Positions 28,843-36,629 of a stretch of DNA of 41,033 nucleotides are shown here, piece by piece. This DNA comes from a virus. Its lineage: Duplodnaviria; Caudoviricetes. Positions within the stretch are counted from its first letter, which is position 1; every line of letters begins with the position of its first letter. The stretch lies in the IMG/VR virus record IMGVR_UViG_3300032233_002605, positions 1-41,033 of that record, one strand, 5' to 3'. The position numbers and the translations under genes are program-made. The notes beneath the pieces were generated by a model. That model saw only the letters and a program-made list of their open reading frames with translations, was not told the DNA's origin and ran no database searches.

Positions 28843-29969
28843 GTCTAGATCGATGCATTCCTATCCCGCCTGTAACCGGTCCTGGTTGCATCCTACCTAC
28901 AGGAACCGCAAACTGCAATAGTGCGCAGGTACCTACAGGTATATGTCCGCCACCCATTGATCCAGGTCCTGATGGGCCTAAATGCGTTAATGATAACGCA
29001 AGACGCCCCTGGCCAACACCTCCCCCTGCGGAAATAGGATGTAATCCTGTAAGTTTACAAGTAACAAACGAGCCTACTGAAGAAGATGATCCAGACCAAA
29101 CAATTAGGCTTGAAGGTTCAATTACATACATCTCTGGAGATGCATGTTTACCCCAGGTGAATCTTAATCTTGTAGTGCCGCCTAACATTGCATCAGGTGG
29201 AGGATCCCCAAGTCTAAGCGGATTCGGCTATACCCAGTATGGCGGCTGTGTCCGAGTAGGTCCGGTTCAAAATGCAAAATACGCCACTCCGCAAGACTTC
29301 TTTAGCAACGAACCAGGAGCTGCCTCTTTTGTAACTAAACCTATAGCGCAAATGAACCAGCTTGGAAATTGCGACGAGTTTTGCGAAGCTCGAGCTAAGT
29401 TTGGCTCTCAGGTTGCAAAATTTAATTTAATAGGGCCTATACTTGCAGAAATAACGGGATTCTATCCTACTACTTACTCTTCTTCTAATGGAGTAAGTTT
29501 TGCCACTGGATGGCGATATAGTTGGACAAGATCTATATGCGTAATTGCCTCAAGTCAGTGCATTAACGCTTTTTGCGATGTGTCGTCTTGGACAGATTAC
29601 GACGTAGGTATTGAGTATGGGGACGCTTGGAATAACAAAGAAAACGTTTATGGTTTTAGTTTTGGCGGCTTTCCCGGGTATTTAACTCCGGGTATAAATC
29701 TTCAAAAACAGGTAGAAAAAGGATTTAAACCTGTACCTGTAATGGCAGGTACTCAAGTACTTATGTATGGATTTGTTCCTTGGGGGCCAACAGCAGATGC
29801 TTGCGGCTGCCCTATAACTTGGTTCTTTAGCGAACAAGTAGCCTTTGACGGAGACTGCGAAGAAGCTACGGATACCGGTACTGCCGGAGTAACGTCTATG
29901 CTGCCTCAGAGAAACATAACTTCAGCGGGAATGTTCTTCGGATCCCCAGAAAATGCCGATCGAGTTTAA
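28839..29969 (+). CDS. Pro/Cys-rich hypothetical (likely virion) protein
   Basis: 376 aa, N-terminal CIPIPP...CPPPIDPGPDGPKC region. Coupled to neighbours. Confidence 0.65.
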   Translation: MSLDRCIPIPPVTGPGCILPTGTANCNSAQVPTGICPPPIDPGPDGPKCVNDNARRPWPTPPPAEIGCNPVSLQVTNEPTEEDDPDQTIRLEGSITYISGDACLPQVNLNLVVPPNIASGGGSPSLSGFGYTQYGGCVRVGPVQNAKYATPQDFFSNEPGAASFVTKPIAQMNQLGNCDEFCEARAKFGSQVAKFNLIGPILAEITGFYPTTYSSSNGVSFATGWRYSWTRSICVIASSQCINAFCDVSSWTDYDVGIEYGDAWNNKENVYGFSFGGFPGYLTPGINLQKQVEKGFKPVPVMAGTQVLMYGFVPWGPTADACGCPITWFFSEQVAFDGDCEEATDTGTAGVTSMLPQRNITSAGMFFGSPENADRV

Positions 29970-30231
29970 CACAGTAATCCACAGATACTCTATTCAGTCT
30001 GGCGTAGTACCTACGGCAGCTGAATTATATCCTGGAGAGCTAGCTTTAAACTTAGCAGATGGCAAATTATTTACTCTAAATCCCGCAGGCACCGTAATTG
30101 ATTTGACGGGAATTAACTCTCAGTTTAACCTAACCGGATCCCTTGATGGAGACTTATTAGTCTATAACTCCACAACAGGTAGATACGAAGCTACTAGAGC
30201 AAAAGATGTATTAGATGGAGGATCGTACTAA
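29953..30231 (+). CDS. Mini fibre-like protein (fibre N-terminal 'GELALN..DGKLF' module)
   Basis: VPTAAELYPGELALNLADGKLF, DGDLLVYNSTTGRY and terminal LDGGSY are motifs common in phage fibre proteins. Confidence 0.6.
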   Translation: MPIEFNTVIHRYSIQSGVVPTAAELYPGELALNLADGKLFTLNPAGTVIDLTGINSQFNLTGSLDGDLLVYNSTTGRYEATRAKDVLDGGSY

Positions 30232-30632
30232 TGAGTAACTTAACTACAAACTTTATAACTTCCATAGTGCGAGAATCTAATCAAGATCCGTACTATAGAG
30301 TACAAATAACCACAGGCATTATAGGTACCTCCTCGGCGGCAGATGGAAACCTGCTGCTCATTAAAAGAAAGAAAACTTTAGATGGAGAGGTAGATGTATT
30401 CTACGGAATCGCTAAAGCTGTAGATTTTGCAACGTTTAGAAAAGCATCACCTAATGCTGGGCAAGACTTCTATAGAGCGCACACTTGGAATCTTGTTTTC
30501 TATAGCCAGGAGACTCTTGACTCTGCTTTAAAGCTTATGAAGAGTCAGGTTGATATTTTAGCAGAAGACTTATCTATCCTTACTAAATACACTAATCAAC
30601 GTTCAGAAAGCCACATCTCCCCATCCTTTTAA
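30231..30632 (+). CDS. Hypothetical protein
   Basis: 133-aa ORF coupled by TAATG; GGAGG upstream. Confidence 0.7.
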   Translation: MSNLTTNFITSIVRESNQDPYYRVQITTGIIGTSSAADGNLLLIKRKKTLDGEVDVFYGIAKAVDFATFRKASPNAGQDFYRAHTWNLVFYSQETLDSALKLMKSQVDILAEDLSILTKYTNQRSESHISPSF

Positions 30633-30640
30633 GGTTTATT

Positions 30641-30925
30641 ATGAAGAAGTTCGCAATGACGTACGCCACGGTTCACGGCCTACTCAACAACGCAGAGGTA
30701 CGAGCAATCAGCCCTGCCATTAAGGCCGCCTACGACTCCATAGAGGCAAGCAGTGCCGGTCAGGGATGTTCTGCATGTGCTAAGAAAAAGAAAGCCAATG
30801 AGGCTATTACTCAGCTAATCTCTCAACTCCAAGGCGCATCAGAGTTAGAGTTAGATAGAATTAAAAAAGCATTAGGAGTAGAGACATTAGTGTTCTCTAA
30901 TGGCCTTAGCTTTATAGAGAGATAA
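30641..30925 (+). CDS. Small CxxC protein
   Basis: GCSACAKKKK motif, 94 aa. Confidence 0.7.
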   Translation: MKKFAMTYATVHGLLNNAEVRAISPAIKAAYDSIEASSAGQGCSACAKKKKANEAITQLISQLQGASELELDRIKKALGVETLVFSNGLSFIER

Positions 30926-31986
30926 TGGGCAGTTATAACCCAGCTATTCCTTGCTGCTGCAATAAAGGCGGCCAAAACTTATGCTGTCTTGCTGTTACGT
31001 TAGAACAATCGTGCGAAACAGCGATTATAGATGAAGAAAACTGTACGGCAGCTAGTGGGCCAGTTCAAACTCTAACGTACTTTAAACAAATTAAAACTTG
31101 CGCTAGTTCCGAAGAATGCAATTGCGAGATACTATCGACCCCAGAGAACACTGGAGGCTTTGGGCAAGAAGGTGGCGTTGGCGGATTTGGACAGCTTCCT
31201 CCTGGTACTAAGATTGTTGACTGCTCTGCTACATACTATTCAGATATAAAATGTGACTCACCGGAAGCAGCAGAGGCATGTACCGGAGGAGACACTGTAT
31301 GTATTAAATATAAATGTGGACCTTGCCAGGCGGTAAAAGACGGCTGTGTGATAGTTGGTCCTGGAACCCCTTGCCCGCCTATTCCAGATTGTCCTCCTGA
31401 TCCTTGTTGCGAACCACCTCCAACGCAGTTGTGTTGTTGTAGAGTTATAGATGACGGATGTATAGTCTCTGCAAATTGCACAACTTGCACAGAGGAAACT
31501 AGCTCAGGTACAGGTGCTAGCGGAGAAATATGCACATTTGTATCTGACTGCGAAGGGTGCAATTTAGACACAGGATTTCATATAACAACTCTATGTTGTC
31601 CTAGTTGCTACTATGTGGATACTGACGGAGACAATGTAGCTGATGTTTACCGAAATTTCTGCGTCTATTACGGCACAGACCCTCAACTAACAACCTGCTG
31701 TAACGACTGCAGGACTTATGATCCTGTTACTGGAAATCTTACCTGTGAGACACAGGCTTGTATATCTCCTTGCGGATCTGGGGTAAATCCACCCACAATG
31801 TGCCCTTGCCCTATGGCGCCTACGGGATATAATTGTTATCCCTTAACTCAAACTACATTTAGATATGGAACTATTAATAATTCTGCCGAAGGTAATTTTA
31901 TGTCGGGGATGGTATATGATCCCGTGACAAAAACGTACAAGCAGAACCGTCTATTCTTATTTGGCTACGGCTACGATAAACTATGA
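30925..31986 (+). CDS. Extremely cysteine-rich protein
   Basis: About 43 Cys in 353 aa by manual count, including CCC and CC clusters and a DTDGDNVAD Ca-binding-like loop. Confidence 0.75.
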   Translation: MGSYNPAIPCCCNKGGQNLCCLAVTLEQSCETAIIDEENCTAASGPVQTLTYFKQIKTCASSEECNCEILSTPENTGGFGQEGGVGGFGQLPPGTKIVDCSATYYSDIKCDSPEAAEACTGGDTVCIKYKCGPCQAVKDGCVIVGPGTPCPPIPDCPPDPCCEPPPTQLCCCRVIDDGCIVSANCTTCTEETSSGTGASGEICTFVSDCEGCNLDTGFHITTLCCPSCYYVDTDGDNVADVYRNFCVYYGTDPQLTTCCNDCRTYDPVTGNLTCETQACISPCGSGVNPPTMCPCPMAPTGYNCYPLTQTTFRYGTINNSAEGNFMSGMVYDPVTKTYKQNRLFLFGYGYDKL

Positions 31987-32897
31987 AAGCAGTTCACTCT
32001 TTTAGATCAGACAAGCTCCGCCCATATCTTGATATGGTTGGAGGTCCAGAGCTACTGAAGCCAGCCATTTATATTATGGCATTGTCTGCTGCAACAATAC
32101 GCAAACAGCACAAAGACTTTTTGTTTATTACCGATAAGCTGGGCAAAGAGTTAGCGGAAGCATGCAAACTGCCCTATACAGAAATTCAGTCTGTAGGGGA
32201 GGAATTTGATTCTCATCCGTGTTTTTGGGTGCATAGCAAAGTGCACGCTTATTCAAACATACACGAACCGTTTATTCACTACGACACAGATTTTTTTCTT
32301 TGGGATGCCTTACCGGCAAGTTTTTTAAATAACGACGTAGTGGCTTTTCACTCGGAAACTTTTGCTTGGGGTAAGTACGAAGAGTACAATAAAAATTTAG
32401 TTAACGCGGGATTTACCTTACCGCCATTTACGCAGACTTATTGGACTAGCCGAATGCCTATTAATATGGCGCTGTTTGGCGGCAATGACTGGAAAGCAAT
32501 AAATGAATACGGCAATACCCTGCAGCAATTTATAAAAGATAACCACGGATTTAACTACGCTACGGACGATCAAAGATTTGCTTTAGAGAAAAGCATTGCT
32601 CTGATTGAACAGCTTTGGGTTTCATACATTATTCAAGATAAGTTAAAAGTACCGATTGCTAGACTGCTTACAGAACGTAACGTCTTAGAGGGATCTGGAG
32701 ACGCAAAGGTTACGCATCTACATGGCTTTAAGCAGGAAGCAATGAAGTCTGGTAGGACTCAAGAACTCATATTTAAGCTAGAGTCTAAGTTGAATGAAGT
32801 TAACCCTGAGGTATATTCTGCGGTCCGTAAGTTCGTAACTTCCGGCGTAGATATTGATGCTATGGTTTTGGAGGCAACAAATGGTCAGAATTCCTAA
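31983..32897 (+). CDS. DxD glycosyltransferase-like protein (DUF6734-like)
   Basis: 'FWVHSKVHAYS..HEPFIHYDTDFFLW', 'N..LFGG', 'IEQ', 'HLHG..K' fit a GT-A-like pattern. Confidence 0.65.
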   Translation: MKAVHSFRSDKLRPYLDMVGGPELLKPAIYIMALSAATIRKQHKDFLFITDKLGKELAEACKLPYTEIQSVGEEFDSHPCFWVHSKVHAYSNIHEPFIHYDTDFFLWDALPASFLNNDVVAFHSETFAWGKYEEYNKNLVNAGFTLPPFTQTYWTSRMPINMALFGGNDWKAINEYGNTLQQFIKDNHGFNYATDDQRFALEKSIALIEQLWVSYIIQDKLKVPIARLLTERNVLEGSGDAKVTHLHGFKQEAMKSGRTQELIFKLESKLNEVNPEVYSAVRKFVTSGVDIDAMVLEATNGQNS

Positions 32898-33147
32898 AGA
32901 TAAAAAGCATGAACTTACGCAAGAAGGTCTTCGTGTCTTTGTGGAAGGTCCAGCGCAAATGGCGCTCACTTCACCTGAAGCTCAAAGGCTTGTTTATAAT
33001 TACGTAAAAGAGGCAGGTCTTGCAGGCTATGGTATGAATAAATTTGTACCAGCAGATAGCAACGCTAGCTCGGAAGATCCTTATCCATATAAGGGTTACT
33101 GGTTGATGCTTTCCAATCAATGGAATCAAAAGTCTGTTAATTTATGA
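32881..33147 (+). CDS. Hypothetical protein
   Basis: ATG at 32881 is preceded by GGAGG, so it is preferred over 32854. Confidence 0.65.
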   Translation: MVRIPKDKKHELTQEGLRVFVEGPAQMALTSPEAQRLVYNYVKEAGLAGYGMNKFVPADSNASSEDPYPYKGYWLMLSNQWNQKSVNL

Positions 33148-33434
33148 GCACCTTATCAAAATCCGAAGAAAAGTTATTTATTAAAAAGCAAGACTGGGAG
33201 CCAAAGCTGCTACCCATCTGCGAAGCTTTAAAACTATCTGGATTTGATATCGCCACAATTGCAGACATTATGACGCAATTACAATTAGAAGTAGAAATAC
33301 CTAAGAAGTTTTCTATTGTCAACAATCGGTATTTGGTGCATCGCCACGGCTTAGTATATGATTTACTGAAGGCTCAGGCACTACCCGAAGAACCTAACGA
33401 GCCTAAGAGAATGGCAGTAATCTTTTGGCTGTGA
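33144..33434 (+). CDS. Hypothetical protein
   Basis: 96-aa ORF with ATGA coupling. Confidence 0.65.
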   Translation: MSTLSKSEEKLFIKKQDWEPKLLPICEALKLSGFDIATIADIMTQLQLEVEIPKKFSIVNNRYLVHRHGLVYDLLKAQALPEEPNEPKRMAVIFWL

Positions 33435-33440
33435 GGCACC

Positions 33441-33740
33441 ATGAATATAAAGCTGCGCAACAATACGTGGAAGCTGGTTAAGACTGACCTAGGCTCAAGC
33501 GTAAGAGGCGAGATAGACCCTCCCTCGTATGTCAACAAGAGCATTAAGCTGTCTTCCCGGTTGCGCAAACAGAGCGAGATACTAGAGGTTTTTTTACATG
33601 AGTGCCTACATGGATGCTTTTGGGATCTAGATGAAGAGGCTATTGATAAAGCCGCCTACGATATTTCCAAAGCCCTATATAAGCTTGGCGCCAGGATAGA
33701 GACAGATAAACTCAAAACAAAAAGATCTAAGCCTAAATAA
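33441..33740 (+). CDS. Small HExxH zinc metallopeptidase-like protein
   Basis: 'RGEID...IKL...EVFLHECLHG...DEEAI' mini-zincin pattern. Confidence 0.7.
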   Translation: MNIKLRNNTWKLVKTDLGSSVRGEIDPPSYVNKSIKLSSRLRKQSEILEVFLHECLHGCFWDLDEEAIDKAAYDISKALYKLGARIETDKLKTKRSKPK

Positions 33741-33754
33741 GCCAAGGACATACA

Positions 33755-33913
33755 ATGGATATTGCTTTACTGGCGTTCTTTGCCCTTACAGTCGCATTAA
33801 ATATAGCTGTGATTTTTGACATAATTTATGATATAGTAGTGGCACGATGTAAGAGAAAGTGCCCTCCTGTATCGGCAAGCATCACATTTGGCACACCTAG
33901 GAGCAGAAAGTAA
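33755..33913 (+). CDS. 52-aa single-pass membrane peptide (not in the ORF track)
   Basis: AAGGA SD (33744-48). Translates to MDIALLAFFALTVALNIAVIFDIIYDIVVARCKRKCPPVSASITFGTPRSRK. TAATG coupling to the next gene. Confidence 0.75.
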   Translation: MDIALLAFFALTVALNIAVIFDIIYDIVVARCKRKCPPVSASITFGTPRSRK

Positions 33914-34245
33914 TGGCTGTAATTAACAATATCCAAGAAGTAGATGTAACTGTATCGTTTAAACTTAGCAGCGGAGTCGATGTTGCAGCTCGCAATATTG
34001 TTTGGAGCGTTTCAGACGCAGCGCTTATTGAAGTTGCTGTAAGCGTCGACAATGCCGCCAAGGCAGTCGTAGCGTCTAAGGGTCCAGTTGGCGTAGCTAA
34101 GGTCCTTGTGGCCGCAGAGTACGCTACTGTTGACGCTGATGGCGTAGAAACCGTATTCCCAATCGGCGGTGAGGCAGAAGTAACCGTAACTGAGTCTGGC
34201 GTCGTTGTGGCAAACTTTGAATTTGGCGAGCCCAGAAACCGCTGA
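33913..34245 (+). CDS. Ig-like (Big_2-type) domain protein
   Basis: Val/Ala-rich all-beta sequence with 'IVWSVSDAALIEV...AVVASKGPVGVAKVLV', an Ig-like signature. AGGAG SD. Confidence 0.7.
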   Translation: MAVINNIQEVDVTVSFKLSSGVDVAARNIVWSVSDAALIEVAVSVDNAAKAVVASKGPVGVAKVLVAAEYATVDADGVETVFPIGGEAEVTVTESGVVVANFEFGEPRNR

Positions 34246-34257
34246 TATACTAACTAC

Positions 34258-34317
34258 TGTAGGCTTACGAGCCCGGTTTTAGGGAAGGCGTTCTTCCCAC
34301 TCACAAGTAGGTCTACA
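34258..34317 (+). ncRNA. Candidate structured RNA element (3' UTR or small RNA)
   Basis: 11-bp outer stem 34258-68/34307-17 with two G-U pairs, enclosing GAG/CTC and the hairpin GGGAAG-gcgtt-CTTCCC. Confidence 0.4.
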
Positions 34318-34322
34318 AATAG

Positions 34323-34355
34323 CAAAACCCAGGGCTTTGGCCCTGGGTTTTGTTT
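34323..34355. terminator. Bidirectional intrinsic terminator between convergent gene blocks
   Basis: 13-bp stem CAAAACCCAGGGC-TTTG-GCCCTGGGTTTTG with A-tract and T-tract flanks. Confidence 0.85.
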
Positions 34356-34391
34356 ATATAGCACTTAGGTTTTATACCAGCAGGTCTTGTA

Positions 34392-34988
34392 TTATTTTTG
34401 ACTGGGATCCGCCTTCGGCGCGTACTTTTCTTTATAGTAGTCGGCGTGCTCGTCTGCATAGACCCCTCCTGTGGGCACCCAACTCGGTAGCCAATCAGGA
34501 CGTATTAAGTCCATTGTTACAGGGTCAAACCCAGACTCTACCAATCGCTCGTCTCGGGTTAGCGGCATATCGATCTTGTCCGGTTCAGCGTCTATGCGCT
34601 CTTTATTAGCTCGGTATACCTGGCTTGGAGAAACCCCAAGAGAGTCCAAGACCTTAGTTAGATTTGGATGCTTTTCCCCCTCTCTATTGATAACATACCT
34701 ATCTAGGGAGTAGTCTCCTATGCCTTTAACTGCTGCGCCGCTACCAGCTCCAATTAATGCACCCATAAGAGCACCCTTGAGTTTAGGCTGTCCTCGCAAT
34801 GCATTAATCAAAGTGCCTATACCCGCACCTGCTAAACCGCCACCTCCGGCATAAATACCGTAATTGGCCAGCTGATTGCTACTTGGATTTAGTATAGGGA
34901 AATATACGGGAACCTTGTTGGGGTTATCTACTTGCGGCCTACCGGCCTTCTTAAGCATACGCTGAATATTGTTTGCTACTTTAATCAT
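34392..34988 (-). CDS. Glycine-zipper protein with conserved N-terminal leader (putative head-internal/ejection protein)
   Basis: MIKVANNIQRMLKKA leader. GGGGLAGAGIG...GALMGALIGAGSG hydrophobic hairpin. Confidence 0.6.
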   Translation of the reverse strand: MIKVANNIQRMLKKAGRPQVDNPNKVPVYFPILNPSSNQLANYGIYAGGGGLAGAGIGTLINALRGQPKLKGALMGALIGAGSGAAVKGIGDYSLDRYVINREGEKHPNLTKVLDSLGVSPSQVYRANKERIDAEPDKIDMPLTRDERLVESGFDPVTMDLIRPDWLPSWVPTGGVYADEHADYYKEKYAPKADPSQK

Positions 34989-34992
34989 CTTA

Positions 34993-35904
34993 TTAGCCCA
35001 TCAAGCCTTTTCTTACTAGCTGGCGCTGGAAGTCTCTGGCCATCTGAGCCTTTAGTCTAGGGTCGCTGAAAAGCTCCACCTCTCCTAGATCAGCACCAAC
35101 AGGTAGATCTTCCATCAGGTCTTCGATTTCTTTATTCTTTCTAGCGCGGCTTCCGTAGCCATACAGCAATCCGCCTAGACCTCCGGCTGCACCGCCGATC
35201 AAGGCGCCCAGAGGAGCACTCTTCTCCAGTAGGGCTCCAGTGCCTGCACCAGCGCCTGCGCCTAGTAGAGCGCCCATGAGTCCAGTTCCTAGCCCGGCCC
35301 AGGTTGGACTGGACAGCTGGCTGGAGATTGGATCTGCCTCAGTGGGAAACAGCATTGGGAACATCTGAGCCTTAGCTCTGTCGACTTCAAGCTGCTCTTC
35401 TGGCGTAAAGTATCTCTTGCAGCCAAATCCAGGAGTGCACTTAATGGGTACGTCTAGGATAGCTTCTGTGGCAAAGGTGTTGGCCTCTTTGGTCTTATTG
35501 CCCCAGTTGTCAGCTCCAACCTCACGGCACTTGGTTACCGCACCTGAGGCATAGGCCGAGGGCCATACGTCATATCTGGCCTTTACCTTACGAGTGCAGG
35601 CATCGTCCTTTTTCTTTTCTTCTTCGGACTTCTTGCCCCAGCTGTCACCTCTGCCCTTTTCCTTGCATGCTCCAGGAGTCGGACGACATGCAGGATAATC
35701 TCCTCGCTCTTCGCCAGAAGACCGTCCGCAGGCCTTGTAGCCTCCGGATCCATCCGGTGCATTGCAGTCCACCCAGCCGCCCCTAGAGCCTTTTTCGCCC
35801 TTACGACTGAACCAGTCGTGCAGAGACTTCTCCTTGCTGGCCTCACGCTTGGCTTCGGCCTGCTTTAGTAACATCGTTGTAATGTTGTGACTAATTGAAA
35901 TCAT
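34993..35904 (-). CDS. Modular protein: leader, two small Cys/Trp basic domains, and a glycine zipper
   Basis: MISISHNITTMLLKQA leader; SLHDWF...GGWVDC...CGR...YPACRP; DACTRKVKARYDVWPSAYASGAVTKCR; C-terminal GxxxG-rich hairpin. Confidence 0.65.
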   Translation of the reverse strand: MISISHNITTMLLKQAEAKREASKEKSLHDWFSRKGEKGSRGGWVDCNAPDGSGGYKACGRSSGEERGDYPACRPTPGACKEKGRGDSWGKKSEEEKKKDDACTRKVKARYDVWPSAYASGAVTKCREVGADNWGNKTKEANTFATEAILDVPIKCTPGFGCKRYFTPEEQLEVDRAKAQMFPMLFPTEADPISSQLSSPTWAGLGTGLMGALLGAGAGAGTGALLEKSAPLGALIGGAAGGLGGLLYGYGSRARKNKEIEDLMEDLPVGADLGEVELFSDPRLKAQMARDFQRQLVRKGLMG

Positions 35905-36602
35905 TTGTTAAGTCCGTTGGCAAAGCTTTGTACAAACTTATTCCAAGTACCGGTGTCCTTGTTTACCAGCGGAGTGTTATTTAGCTCAAGCATCATTTTA
36001 GCAGTTCTTCTGTCTACGTAGGCTTTTACGTCTGCTTGAAACGCTAATTGATTTTGAATCATCATTTGCATGGTTTCCTGGGTATCTGCGTGAGACTCCA
36101 CGTTGGCCGCAAAGTCCCCAGGGCCCATGTCCGCAACCTTTGCAAGTACTGGAGGCGGTCTATACAACCCTTGCTCCTTGCACACCTCTCCGATGTATCT
36201 ACGTACGTCTGGACCTAGTCGCTCCGGAGTACTGCTGTCTATCATTGTCAATTCCGTAATCGCCCAGGCGCATTCGTAGACATCCGCTATATCAAACACA
36301 TCGTAGCTCATAGGCGTTCCGCTTAGTAGATTTGCTGTGTTCATGAACGTCGAGACGTCCACGTGCACAAGGTCTGTCGTAAGGGAATTCCAAAGAGCCC
36401 AAACTTTGTCTGTGCTGATAGCAGGAATGTCGGATAGCCCGAAACCTTCTTCAATTTCTTGGCGGAAGGCCTGGGGATCCATATCAAAGATCTCCTGGCC
36501 GTACGAGTCCAAGACCATAGTGAGGAGCGTGGTCCCAACGGTGTCTCGGCTTTTCCACAGCTGCTCATAGGTTTGTTGAGATGTTACGGACTTTACTGGC
36601 AT
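35901..36602 (-). CDS. Hypothetical protein
   Basis: 233-aa acidic helical ORF overlapping the next gene by 4 bp. Confidence 0.75.
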   Translation of the reverse strand: MPVKSVTSQQTYEQLWKSRDTVGTTLLTMVLDSYGQEIFDMDPQAFRQEIEEGFGLSDIPAISTDKVWALWNSLTTDLVHVDVSTFMNTANLLSGTPMSYDVFDIADVYECAWAITELTMIDSSTPERLGPDVRRYIGEVCKEQGLYRPPPVLAKVADMGPGDFAANVESHADTQETMQMMIQNQLAFQADVKAYVDRRTAKMMLELNNTPLVNKDTGTWNKFVQSFANGLNK

Positions 36603-36629
36603 ATCACCTCAGCATGTTAGTTTTTGGAA

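Noticed and set aside
29953-30231. Diversity-generating retroelement suggested by the Mtd-like N-terminal motif
   Set aside because: No reverse transcriptase and no template/variable repeat pair were seen in the window.
12911-32880. Longer ORF-track starts at 12911, 18713, 23567 and 32854
   Set aside because: Downstream ATGs (12989, 18725, 23624, 32881) fit SD position or stop/start coupling better and avoid long overlaps.
2268-33568. Numerous 60-155 aa antisense or alternate-frame ORFs in the ORF track (e.g. 3666..4130, 4343..4804, 23211..23630)
   Set aside because: They lie within long coherent + strand genes, lack SDs or recognisable motifs, and look like shadow ORFs.
33755-34245. Holin/spanin lysis cassette
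   Set aside because: No endolysin is adjacent, there is no lipobox, and the partner protein is Ig-like rather than coiled-coil. It cannot be fully excluded.
34337-34713. + strand ORFs 34337..34609 and 34471..34713
   Set aside because: The first starts inside the terminator hairpin, and both are antisense to the leader-bearing gene 34392..34988.
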